The position numbers and the translations under genes were made by a program. Below are positions 15,693-25,100 of a DNA stretch of 42,894 nucleotides, piece after piece. Source of the stretch: an uncultured Candidatus Saccharibacteria bacterium (GTDB lineage: Bacteria; Patescibacteriota; Minisyncoccia; Sungbacterales; HO2-52-23). Where the stretch lies: contig CAYJWH010000003.1 of assembly GCA_964373875.1 (NCBI GenBank), forward strand, positions 1-42,894. The letters run 5' to 3'. The notes under the pieces are model-generated. The model was given only the letters and a program-made list of their open reading frames with translations. It was not told where the DNA came from and made no database searches. Each line of letters begins with the position of its first letter. The first letter of the stretch is position 1.

Positions 15693-15974
15693 ATGTTCAA
15701 AGAGCGTCCGGCGTGGAGAGTTCATTCTCGTAATTCCGTGTTTGGTATAGTCATCAACGGCGGTGAACAACCGCGATTCTGGCCAAAAACCTGCATGTGT
15801 AATCAGTATTGTGGCAAGTGTAACCAGCATTTCGTTCTACAAAACACTCAAGTTGAGAATGCACCAGAGGGGAGTAAGGGTATCGCTGGAACCCGTCTTG
15901 TCCCAAAAACACATTTTCTTTATGCCAAGTTTTGTCCACAAGACGGGACTAAACTTGGAAACTGTCCATTCTAA
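15693..15974 (+). CDS. Cys-rich hypothetical protein (93 aa)
   Basis: ORF followed directly by a terminator; CMCNQYCGKC motif. Confidence 0.4.
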   Translation: MFKERPAWRVHSRNSVFGIVINGGEQPRFWPKTCMCNQYCGKCNQHFVLQNTQVENAPEGSKGIAGTRLVPKTHFLYAKFCPQDGTKLGNCPF

Positions 15975-15975
15975 A

Positions 15976-15995
15976 GGCCCCTCGGGCCCTTTTTG
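15976..15995 (+). terminator. Intrinsic terminator
   Basis: GGCCC-ctc-GGGCC then CTTTTTG. Confidence 0.65.
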
Positions 15996-16047
15996 TTACA
16001 CTTTTTTCTACAAATTTGTTATAATATTCGTAAATTCTAAATTAAAG

Positions 16048-16221
16048 TAGCCCACGCACTAATTTCGGTTCGGGTCTTATGTATCTCGAAAATGTCCCGC
16101 GGGTACGCCTTCGGCTCGTAAGATACCACCCGTTGTCTTGTATACAAATTAGTGCGGGGCATAAGTTTTGTAGCTAAATTTTGTTCTTCGCTTGCGACAA
16201 ATCCAAAATTTAGACAAAGCC
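16048..16221 (+). repeat. Family-2 composite element, copy B (TIR core 16048-16160 plus hairpin 16174-16213)
   Basis: Inverted relative to copy A; ends 2 nt before the htrA ATG. Confidence 0.85.
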
Positions 16222-16223
16222 TT

Positions 16224-17474
16224 ATGGAAAACCAGCCGACAACCAAACAACTGATTATTTTTACGGTCATTTTGAGTTTTATCGTGTCTATCCTGGGATC
16301 GGCGTTAACACTTGGAATTTTCGGAGGGGTGAGCGAGGGATCAAACAACAGTCCTTTTATTTTCAATCGTCCGGCCAACCTTCTGCGGATCACCCAGAAA
16401 GAAACCAGCGAGTCGATCCTTAGGCAGGATGAACTGGTCGTGCAGGTGGTGGAGCAGTCGTTTCCGGCCGTGGTGTCAGTAGTGGCAACCAAAGACGTAC
16501 CGGTTATTGAGAAGTTTTTTGTTGATCCTTTTGGCAATGACCCCCTTTTCAAGCAATTTTTTGGAGGAGATTCGGGGTTTAGAATCCCGCAATTCCGGCA
16601 GAAAGGGACCCAGACGCAAGAAGTTTCTATTGGAAGCGGATTTATTGCCTCATCTGACGGCTTGGTTATTACCAACAAGCACGTAGTTTCCGACGCAACT
16701 GCCGATTATACGATTTTTTTGAATGATGGATCAAAAAAATCAGCCAAGGTTCTTGCCCGAGATCCCATGCAAGACTTGGCCGTGCTCAAAATAGAGGGAT
16801 CAGAATATTCGTTTCTAAAACTTGGAGATTCATCAAAAGTTAAAATCGGCCAGAGCGCGGTTGCTATTGGAAATGCTCTTGGAGAATTTAGAAATACGGT
16901 GTCAGTGGGCGTCGTTTCCGGGCTTCAGAGATCAATTGTCGCCTCGGGGGCTTCAACCGGTCCGGAAATGCTGCAGGAACTGATTCAAACTGATGCGGCC
17001 ATAAATCCCGGAAATTCCGGCGGGCCGCTTTTAAACCTTCGCGGAGAGGTGATTGGCATAAATACGGCGATTGCCCAAGGCGCTGAAAATATCGGCTTTT
17101 CAATTCCGGTAAATAAAGCCGTGAGAGCCCTTGATAGCGTTAAGAAATTCGGCAAAATTGTCACTCCGTTTCTTGGCGTGCGCTATGTCGCTATTACCAA
17201 AGATTTGGCCGGAGCCGAAAAACTTGCCAGAGACTACGGGGCATTGCTTAAGTCATCAGATGGGGAGCCGGCGGTATCGGCGGGAAGTCCCGCGGAAAAA
17301 TCCGAGCTAAAAGAAGGCGACGTAATCCTTGAACTAAACGGCACGCGTGTTGATCAGGATCATTCCTTGTCCTCTTTAATTCAGAATTATAATGTTGGAG
17401 ATATTATAACCCTCAAAGTGTTTAGGGGTGGAAAAGAAATAGAGGTTAAAGTTACTCTGGAGGAAAGGAAGTAA
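16224..17474 (+). CDS. htrA: HtrA/DegP-family serine protease with PDZ domain
   Basis: TNKHV (His), DLAVLK (Asp), GNSGGPLLN (Ser); C-terminal PDZ; the upstream part of track ORF 16152 is repeat DNA. Confidence 0.9.
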   Translation: MENQPTTKQLIIFTVILSFIVSILGSALTLGIFGGVSEGSNNSPFIFNRPANLLRITQKETSESILRQDELVVQVVEQSFPAVVSVVATKDVPVIEKFFVDPFGNDPLFKQFFGGDSGFRIPQFRQKGTQTQEVSIGSGFIASSDGLVITNKHVVSDATADYTIFLNDGSKKSAKVLARDPMQDLAVLKIEGSEYSFLKLGDSSKVKIGQSAVAIGNALGEFRNTVSVGVVSGLQRSIVASGASTGPEMLQELIQTDAAINPGNSGGPLLNLRGEVIGINTAIAQGAENIGFSIPVNKAVRALDSVKKFGKIVTPFLGVRYVAITKDLAGAEKLARDYGALLKSSDGEPAVSAGSPAEKSELKEGDVILELNGTRVDQDHSLSSLIQNYNVGDIITLKVFRGGKEIEVKVTLEERK

Positions 17475-17536
17475 GGGGGTAGAAATTTCTTTTTGATTTT
17501 GCTATATTGCACGCAGAACCTGAAGAGGTTATAGAA

Positions 17537-17788
17537 ATGCCACGTTATTGTTCATTATGCGGAACTCCGCACCCGGGTGGGGATTCTACAGGGGAGGATT
17601 CTATCTGTTCGCACCATATAACGACTGATGTGGATTGGGCCGTGGCCAATCGTGTCTTTTGCGATCTTCTGCATCGCAGGATAGAACCCGCGCCAGTATT
17701 CTCAAATGATCCCAATTGTGCAGAGGTACTCCTTATAGAGTCCTCGCCTGTACCCAACAATAATCCCGATTATAGGGATGTCGCCTGA
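17537..17788 (+). CDS. Small hypothetical protein (CSLCG zinc-ribbon-like start)
   Basis: ATG 17537 after GAGG; followed by a terminator. Confidence 0.35.
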   Translation: MPRYCSLCGTPHPGGDSTGEDSICSHHITTDVDWAVANRVFCDLLHRRIEPAPVFSNDPNCAEVLLIESSPVPNNNPDYRDVA

Positions 17789-17800
17789 TTGAATAGGGAG

Positions 17801-17830
17801 AATAAACAAGGAGAAACTCCTTGTTATTTT
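17801..17830 (+). terminator. Intrinsic terminator
   Basis: AATAAACAAGGAG-aaa-CTCCTTGTTATTTT. Confidence 0.8.
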
Positions 17831-17832
17831 AT

Positions 17833-17939
17833 TAACCCCGCACCTTTCTTTGTGCAGAACTTCCCAAACAAGAAAATCGCTATAAAGGTTAAAGTCAAAA
17901 AATAAGATAAATCTTGCACAAAGAAAGGTGCGGGGTTAA
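17833..17939. repeat. Family-2 TIR element, copy C (107 bp)
   Basis: TTAACCCCGCACCTTTCTTTGTGCA ... TGCACAAAGAAAGGTGCGGGGTTAA, 25-bp arms; interior homologous to copy E. Confidence 0.9.
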
Positions 17940-17984
17940 TTGAATGTTCACTACTTGTGAGGTAAAATATGGGTATAAGACGAC

Positions 17985-18013
17985 TTGATTTCGTCAATTT
18001 TTTCTGCTATACT
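17985..18013 (+). promoter_or_regulatory. Sigma-70-type promoter TTGATT-17-TATACT for clpB
   Basis: Exact 17-nt spacer, 19 nt upstream of ATG 18033. Confidence 0.5.
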
Positions 18014-18032
18014 TGCGGATAATAAATAAAAA

Positions 18033-20789
18033 ATGATGCCCCCCTACAATAATTTCACAATCAAAGCCCAAGAAGTTCTAAAAAAGGCCCATGACTTGGC
18101 CCTCGAGCGTTCGCATCACCAAATTGACGTATTGCACCTGCTGGCATCCCTTGCTCTTCAAGAAGAAGGAACGGTGGACGCTATGCTTGAGAAAGTTGAG
18201 GTGGAAATCTCTGCTCTGATTGATCGTATGCTGGAGATGCTTGATGCTCTGCCAAGGGGAGCTATGATTGCCACTCCCTTGGGCCAAGTTTATTTGACGC
18301 AGGATTTGGCTAAAGTTATTGAGCAGGCGCACAAAGAAGCGGCCCAACTCAAAGACGAATTTATTTCTACCGAGCATTTATTTTTGGCGCTGCTGGAAGT
18401 TCCCTCCAAAGCCAAAGATCTGCTGGAGCGGGAAGGGCTAAATAAAGAGACGGTCCTAAAGGCGCTTGCTGAGCTTCGCGGAGGACAGCGAATCACTGAT
18501 CCGGAACCGGAATCAAAATACAACGTGCTTGAAAAATACGCGCGTAATTTGACGCGCCTGGCCCGCCAGGAGAAACTTGATCCGGTCATCGGCCGGGAAA
18601 AAGAAATCCGTCGGGTAATGCAGGTTTTGTCGCGGCGAACCAAAAACAATCCGGTCCTTATCGGAGAAGCCGGCGTGGGAAAGACGGCGATTGCCGAAGG
18701 ACTTGCCCAGCGCATAATTTCTGGCGACATACCGGAAACTTTGAAAGAAAAAGAACTTATTTCCATTGATCTTGCCGCCATTGTCGCCGGAACTAAATAT
18801 AGAGGAGAGTTTGAAGACCGGCTTAAAGCGATTCTTCGCGAGATTGAACGCGCGCAGGGCAAATATATTATTTTTATAGACGAGCTGCACACTATTGTCG
18901 GCGCGGGAGCGGCCGAGGGAGCAATTGACGCCTCCAATATGTTAAAACCCGCTCTGTCCCGAGGGGAGCTTCACGCCATCGGAGCGACAACCCTCAAAGA
19001 ATATCAGCGGTATATTGAGCGTGATCCTGCCTTGGCCAGGCGTTTTCAGCCGGTATATGTAGAAGAGCCGAGTGTTGAAGACGCGGTATCAATCTTGCGC
19101 GGACTCAAACCAAAATACGAGGCGCATCATGGGGTGCGGATAACCGATTCAGCGCTTCTTGCTTCAGCCAACCTTTCCAGCAGATACATTGCCGACAGAT
19201 TTTTACCGGACAAAGCGGTTGATCTGATGGATGAGGCGGCATCTTCCCTGCGGCTCGAGATAGACAGTTTGCCCAAAGAACTTGACGAAACCCGCCGGAA
19301 AATTATGACGCTTGAAATCGAGCGGGAGGCTTTGAATCCCGTTAGAAGTCAGCCTCGACGTGATGTCGGGCCTGCCGATCCGATTAAATCGGATCGGACT
19401 TCTAATGGGATGAAAAAAGAAACCGATAGAAAATCTAAGGAAAGATCGAAAATCATTGAAAAAGAAATTACTTCGCTTCAAGCGAGTATAAAGGGTCTTG
19501 AGGAAGACTGGAAACTTGAAAAAGACACGATTAGCGAGGTACGGCTTCTTAAAAAAGAGCTTGATACTTTCCGTCAAGAATCCGATATTGCCGAACGTGC
19601 CGGAGAATTCGGCAAAGTTGCCGAGCTTCGTTACGGCCAAGTTCCGCAGGCGGAGCAAAAACTCCGAGAGGCGGAGAAACGCTTGACCCGCTTACAAAAC
19701 TCCCGCCATCTCTTGCGCGGAGAAGTTAGCGAAGAAGACATTGCTGTCGTAGTCGCCCGCTGGACCAATATACCGGTTACCAAGATTTTGGAATCCGAAG
19801 CTTCTCGTCTGATCAAAATGGAAGACGAACTTAAGGGGCGAGTTATCGGCCAAGACGAAGCTATCCAAAAAATTGCCAATGCCGTCAGGCGTTCCCGTGC
19901 CGGAATTTCCGAGGAGAACCGTCCGATTGGATCATTTATTTTTCTTGGACCCACAGGAGTGGGAAAGACTGAGCTTGCCAAAACCCTGGCCGAATTTCTG
20001 TTCAGCGACGAGAAAGCTTTAATCCGTGTCGACATGTCCGAATATATGGAGCGCCACACCGTATCCAAATTTATCGGGTCGCCTCCGGGATATGTCGGGT
20101 ATGAGGAAGGGGGACAGCTGACCGAGCTTATCAAGCACCGGCCTTACTCGGTGGTTCTCTTTGACGAGATTGAAAAAGCGCATCCGGAAGTTTTCAATGT
20201 GCTTTTGCAGATTCTTGATAACGGCCGTCTGACCGATGCCAAGGGGCGCGTGATCAATTTCAAAAACACCATCATCATCATGACTTCAAATATCGGAGGA
20301 GAGTACGCGGCTGAAATGGGGCGGCTTGGATTTGTGTCCGGGGACGAAGATACGCGCGAGTCCAAAGAAGGCGACATGAAAGACAAAATCCGCAAAGCGC
20401 TTGAACGGCATTTCCGACCGGAGTTTTTGAACCGGCTTGATGAGATAATTATTTTCTCCTCGCTCACCCCGGCAACCATTCAGAAAATCGTGGAGATCCA
20501 GCTAGATTTGGTAAAGGAGAGAATGGCCAAAAGAGAAATTGCCGTGGCGTTTACCCCCGATCTTAAAAATTTCATTGCCGAAAAAGGATATGACGCGCAA
20601 TATGGAGCGCGGCCGTTGAAGCGCGCCATTCAAACCCACCTTCTCGACCCCATGGCGCAAAAAATTATCTGCGGAGAAATCAAAAGCGGAGACTCGGTAT
20701 TGGTGGATGTGCGAAATGGAGAGCTGGTGTTTGAGAAAAACGTTAAGCGAGTTGGTACCAGATTGCGGACGGCCGCGTCGGTTAAGTAA
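18033..20789 (+). CDS. clpB: ClpB disaggregase (two AAA+ modules) with a 24-aa insertion in the M-domain
   Basis: GEAGVGKT and GPTGVGKT Walker A motifs, N-domain repeats, coiled-coil middle domain. Confidence 0.95.
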   Translation: MMPPYNNFTIKAQEVLKKAHDLALERSHHQIDVLHLLASLALQEEGTVDAMLEKVEVEISALIDRMLEMLDALPRGAMIATPLGQVYLTQDLAKVIEQAHKEAAQLKDEFISTEHLFLALLEVPSKAKDLLEREGLNKETVLKALAELRGGQRITDPEPESKYNVLEKYARNLTRLARQEKLDPVIGREKEIRRVMQVLSRRTKNNPVLIGEAGVGKTAIAEGLAQRIISGDIPETLKEKELISIDLAAIVAGTKYRGEFEDRLKAILREIERAQGKYIIFIDELHTIVGAGAAEGAIDASNMLKPALSRGELHAIGATTLKEYQRYIERDPALARRFQPVYVEEPSVEDAVSILRGLKPKYEAHHGVRITDSALLASANLSSRYIADRFLPDKAVDLMDEAASSLRLEIDSLPKELDETRRKIMTLEIEREALNPVRSQPRRDVGPADPIKSDRTSNGMKKETDRKSKERSKIIEKEITSLQASIKGLEEDWKLEKDTISEVRLLKKELDTFRQESDIAERAGEFGKVAELRYGQVPQAEQKLREAEKRLTRLQNSRHLLRGEVSEEDIAVVVARWTNIPVTKILESEASRLIKMEDELKGRVIGQDEAIQKIANAVRRSRAGISEENRPIGSFIFLGPTGVGKTELAKTLAEFLFSDEKALIRVDMSEYMERHTVSKFIGSPPGYVGYEEGGQLTELIKHRPYSVVLFDEIEKAHPEVFNVLLQILDNGRLTDAKGRVINFKNTIIIMTSNIGGEYAAEMGRLGFVSGDEDTRESKEGDMKDKIRKALERHFRPEFLNRLDEIIIFSSLTPATIQKIVEIQLDLVKERMAKREIAVAFTPDLKNFIAEKGYDAQYGARPLKRAIQTHLLDPMAQKIICGEIKSGDSVLVDVRNGELVFEKNVKRVGTRLRTAASVK
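19338..19409. repeat. 72-bp TIR palindromic element inserted in frame in clpB
   Basis: CCCGTTAGAAGTC ... GACTTCTAATGGG (12/13 complementary), inner GATCCGAT-taa-ATCGGATC; exactly 24 codons (PVRSQPRRDVGPADPIKSDRTSNG). Confidence 0.85.
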
Positions 20790-20820
20790 TCGGTATACTA
20801 AAATTTATATAGACATTTTG

Positions 20821-20848
20821 AGAAGCCCGCTTTGGGGCTTCTTTTTTA
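20821..20848 (+). terminator. Intrinsic terminator of clpB
   Basis: AGAAGCCC-gctttg-GGGCTTCT then TTTTTT. Confidence 0.8.
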
Positions 20849-21223
20849 TTATCCCGGCCATCCGCCTTCATGCTTCACGCACTTAAAATACATCATGCTA
20901 AAATACTGGCCGGATTCGCAGTTAGGAATTTTCTCGCAGTTGTTAGTCTGTAAATCCCAGTAATAGCCGCTGGTTCCTATGCATCCCCTCTTTATAAATT
21001 CAAAAAGAGCTCCATCGTCTGTTATTTTCCATTTCTCGTTATTTTCCGGCTCTTTCGGTTTATCTCCATCACATAGACCAATGAACCTTTCAGGGTGGTT
21101 GCGTCCGTACTCTTTGCAAACGTCTTTCGGATCGACCCCTTCAGCTTTTTTCATTGGGATGATAGTTGAAAATAAAAAGATCGCGAGGAGCATCAACCAT
21201 CTGATCCTTGGAGGATCCTTCAT
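20849..21223 (-). CDS. Small secreted Cys-rich protein
   Basis: Signal-like N-terminus (LMLLAIFLFSTIIP); 8 Cys. Confidence 0.5.
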   Translation of the reverse strand: MKDPPRIRWLMLLAIFLFSTIIPMKKAEGVDPKDVCKEYGRNHPERFIGLCDGDKPKEPENNEKWKITDDGALFEFIKRGCIGTSGYYWDLQTNNCEKIPNCESGQYFSMMYFKCVKHEGGWPG

Positions 21224-21285
21224 TTATCGTTACTCCTTTGGTTACTACTATTTTGGCTTTTATACTTATTTTGTCAATGTAGGTG

Positions 21286-21458
21286 TTAACCCCGCATTTA
21301 TTTTGCGAATAGTTTGCTTGGCGAAGCGCTTCGCTTTGTAAAATTTGTTCTACTTATCCGCACCATTATTTGCTATTGTCTGGCAAAATAAGTGCGGGGT
21401 TATTTGTTTGTAACTAAATTTTGTTCACCTGCGAGCTCTCAAATTTAGACAAACAAAT
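21286..21458 (+). repeat. Family-2 composite element, copy D (TIR core 21286-21402 plus CTAAATTT hairpin)
   Basis: TTAACCCCGCATTTATTTTGC ... GCAAAATAAGTGCGGGGTTA; right flank TTTGTAACTAAATTTTGTTC...AAATTTAGACAAA matches that of copy B. Confidence 0.8.
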
Positions 21459-21702
21459 AAATAGCGGCCGATGTAGTAACCAGCCGCGTGTTGAAATAGA
21501 TGCGTGTTGCCACGCAGATGACCCCTCAAAGGAGCCAAAGGTTGTAAATGAGCTTATGATAGCTGGAGTCTTCGCGCAAGGGTAACCCGTTCGATTTTCG
21601 CTCTAAAGCGCAGCCTCTTCGGCTCTAAGGGGGTTACTAACTCTTGCGTACAAATTCCAGCAGAGTAATTATCGGCCATCGGCAAAAATGCCGCAAATAT
21701 AG

Positions 21703-21711
21703 TTATCCACA
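21703..21711 (+). promoter_or_regulatory. Perfect DnaA-box 9-mer TTATCCACA(CC)
   Basis: Exact match. Confidence 0.3.
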
Positions 21712-21726
21712 CCCTCTAATCACGAT

Positions 21727-21737
21727 GCACGTAACAC
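21727..21737. repeat. Left arm of the 11-bp inverted repeat GCACGTAACAC flanking the four-helix-bundle gene
   Basis: Partner GTGTTACGTGC at 22144-22154. Confidence 0.7.
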
Positions 21738-21756
21738 GTAACAAAGAATACGATGG

Positions 21757-22122
21757 TCATTCTGTTTCGTTCGTAAGACCTTCTATGGTTTTCCACAACA
21801 TCGCAGCGATTTCTCCAGATAAATTTTGCGCTTTTTGGAACTTATCCGTGTCTTTAATCCAATTTCTTTTATCTGCGAATATTAATAAGTAGCAGCTTTC
21901 CTTTAACGATCCAAAAGAGGTTTCAAAGAAGTTTATTTTTACTAATTTTCTTTTTCTGGCAAATCCCTCTATGTAGTTGAGAATAGTGGAAATTGCCGCG
22001 CGCCGTAACTGTGATGTTGTGCCGTACAACTCCTCTTTAGGAAAGTCTTTTGTTAAGTCGTAGACGAGATGAACAAAATTATCCATCTTCTGCTTAAGTT
22101 TGTCGTGGAATCGATCTTCCAT
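21757..22122 (-). CDS. Four-helix-bundle protein (23S rRNA intervening-sequence protein family)
   Basis: VYDLTKDFPKEELYGTTSQLRRAAISTILNYIEGFARK pattern, recalled as typical of this family. Confidence 0.75.
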   Translation of the reverse strand: MEDRFHDKLKQKMDNFVHLVYDLTKDFPKEELYGTTSQLRRAAISTILNYIEGFARKRKLVKINFFETSFGSLKESCYLLIFADKRNWIKDTDKFQKAQNLSGEIAAMLWKTIEGLTNETE

Positions 22123-22143
22123 TTTCGTTAAAGTGTTGTGCTA

Positions 22144-22154
22144 AGTGTTACGTG
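22144..22154. repeat. Right arm of the 11-bp inverted repeat (GTGTTACGTGC)
   Basis: Exact reverse complement of 21727-21737. Confidence 0.7.
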
Positions 22155-22175
22155 CTATGTGTTTTGTGTTTGAAA

Positions 22176-25100
22176 TTACGGAATCAAATTTGAGGGGTCG
22201 TCGTCGGTAGTGTTGCCGTCAAAAGTAATATTGGTAGCTGTCGTCGTTGAAGTTCCCACGGATTTAATACCTGTGGTATTGGTTTTGAACAAAATGTTAT
22301 CAAGGGTTGCCGAGGAGTTGGTTAGTTTAAGTCCGGTTGTTCCATAGCTAAATACGGAGTGAACTATAGTTGAAGTCGCCGTAGCGTTTTCTAAATGTAC
22401 TTGGTTCCAGTCGGCTTTTTGTGGTGAGCTTGCCGAACCATCATTATTTGTATCTCCTCCATAAGAGTCGTCTTTTATGGAAGTAAATACTACTTTGTTT
22501 GCCGAAGTACCGTTGGCAATCAGATTTCCTTGGACAGTCAGTGATCCACTATTGGTGAATTTCAAAATTACTCCGGCATCAAGGGTTAAAGTCGTGCTGG
22601 CCAAGACACCAAGGCCGGTAGAAATTTTGTAAGGCAGATTTGCCGAAAAAGAATAATTTTGGGAGATAACTCCCTGATGCAAAATTCCGTTGGTGCCGTT
22701 GTTTGAAGCCGTATTTCCGGAAAAGATAGGGAAGACATTATTGGCATCAATAGCTTCTTCCGTATTTTGACTAAAAGTATTGTTTAGTACCGAGAGAGAA
22801 TGGATAGCTCCGGCAGAAAGCATGCGGAGTCCGTAGGTGTTGCTGCTGAAAGTGTTGTTTTGAATAGTTACGGCGCCGTCGGTCACCAAAAGTCCAATAC
22901 TTGAAGTAGTAGTGCTGTTATTTTGAAAAGTATTGGCGGAGACCGTGGTAGTAGCGCCCTTGAGCCAGGCCCCATAGTTGCGGGCATGTTCAAAAACTGA
23001 ATTAGTGATAGTCGTGGAAGCGTTTTCCACCCGGAGATTGGCCTGATAGTCGGAAACATTTGCCCCTCCATATCTGATAATAGTCCGGTCAAAGATGGAT
23101 CCATCCGCTAGGATTTTGATACCTCGCCAGTTGCCGGCTTGTGCCGAGCTTGCCGACCCATCTTGGTTGGTATCACCCGCGTGAATATCATCCTGAAAGG
23201 AAGTAAAAATAATTTTGTCGTCGGAGGTGCCTTGGGCGAGGATTTTTCCTGAATTTACGGTAAGCGAAGAATCATTCATGAATTTAATTACCACTCCGGG
23301 TTCAATGGTAAGAGTGGTGGTTGCTTCACTGCCGATAGTAAGATTGTTGTTTATTAGATAAGGGCTGTTGGCTTTAGTAAGAGCTTTATTTTGATTTAAA
23401 GGGCCGGCGTCTTTAGTAATTAAATAGTTAATACTGTTTCTTTTCCCAGGAGTGCCTTTTATGGCCGCTCCGTCGGCGTTTAGGCCGTTATTTAAGAATC
23501 CTGTCCAAGTTCCCCAGTTGGTTGTGCTAGTCCCGGAAGCTAGGGGATCATAGCGCTCCATAGTGTAATAAGTTGAATCGGATCCGCCGCACCATCCGGA
23601 GCATGCGTTTATTGCCGGTGTCTGGTCAATAACAGCTCCTTTGTATTCTATCGCGAGCACCTCACCGGTATTTATAAGTCCCGCGCCACTACTATTTCCA
23701 AAAGAGGACGTGGTGCTGGCCGTAATATCCGAAATAGTATTATCGTTCGTGCGTTCTATAAGATAATAGCCCTTCGCTGGTATGGTTCCGGAAAGGCTTA
23801 TATTCGGCTTATTGTCAGTTTGCGACTTTAATTTCATTTGCGATATGTCAACCGTCTTGGATGTGGAATTGTAAAGCTCGATCCATTCGTCCTGATCTCT
23901 GGTTGCCGAGGTTCCGGCCCAGGCAATTTCATTTATGATTACGGGCCGTGAAATCATCTCTACGGTCTTGGATTGCTGTGTACCTTCGTTGCCGTATTTA
24001 TCCACTGCTTTGGCTTTGAAAATATATATTGTGTCGTTTTGTGGCGCGGTAAAAGTCGTGGTCGTGGCAGTAGTTTTCTCAAAATTAAAATTCGGGCACT
24101 TGGAGCCGCTGTTTTCGCATTCAATTATATAGTAGCTGGTGTCGCTGGCGCTGGAAGACCATTCAATGGTTACGGTCGTGGTGGCGATGAGGCAGTCGGT
24201 CAAGGAGAGCGACTGATTGCACTGGCTTACGGTAAGTGAAGAACTTGGCCCTATTGAATCCACAAAAATTGTCCGAGGTATGCCTTCGGATGTATTGCTG
24301 GACGCGTCAGTAGATAAAAATTCAATAGTGCTGGTGCCTTGAGGCAGAGAATTTAGAGTGAGTGTCCAAAAACCGTAGTCCTCGGAGGAATCGGTCGTGG
24401 TGGTTTGACTGTTTAGATTATTGGTTACGGTCGAGTTTTTCTCGGCTCGTCCCTTGAAGGTCACGGTAGTGGCGGTAAAAATCTGGTTGTCTCCCGCCGG
24501 AGAAAAAATCATTGGTTTTGGGGGAGAAATTTTATCTAAACCACTGCCGGCAGCTCCCATTGGAAAGGAAGAAATTTGGGAGGGAGGGGTAGAAGGAGAA
24601 ATTGGTTTTTGTGGAATTGCAGGTGGTTGCGTAGATCTGATTGGTTCGGGTGAAGCAACACTTTCCACTGGAGTTATTGGTGTAGTGGCGACCGAAGGCG
24701 GGGAAGGTAGAACCAACTTCTCTGACAGTGTCGCAGTAACAATGCTCGCAGTTTGTCCTTCTTCTCTTTCTGCTGGTTTAAATATACCAGCAACTAGTGA
24801 AGCCGTATTTTTCAAACTATCAATTTGTTTGCTAATCCACGACCTGTTTTTGTCATAAAGCACTTTGGTCTGCTTCTCTTTTTCCACCTCATCAAAAAAA
24901 AGCTTCACCACTCCCGCCCCATGCAAAACCACTTGTTTGGAGAGAAGATTCCAGTAGTCGTTTAAAATCAGAGAATCTGGATCGTTAATAATATATTCTT
25001 CGTCAATTAGTGCCCTCCAATTACTTACTCGACGGGCAACTAACCTATGGCCATTCTCTGAATACCCAAAGCTATATGTTAGCTCATCACCCAAAACCTC

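Noticed and set aside
16037-16678. 213-aa minus-strand ORF
   Set aside because: It overlaps the htrA 5' region and repeat element B, and has no motifs or signals.
18078-20479. Long antisense ORFs inside clpB (for example 18290-18937, 19631-20134, 20144-20479)
   Set aside because: They lie entirely within a strongly supported conserved CDS on the other strand. Their S/R/P-rich low-complexity translations are typical of shadow frames.
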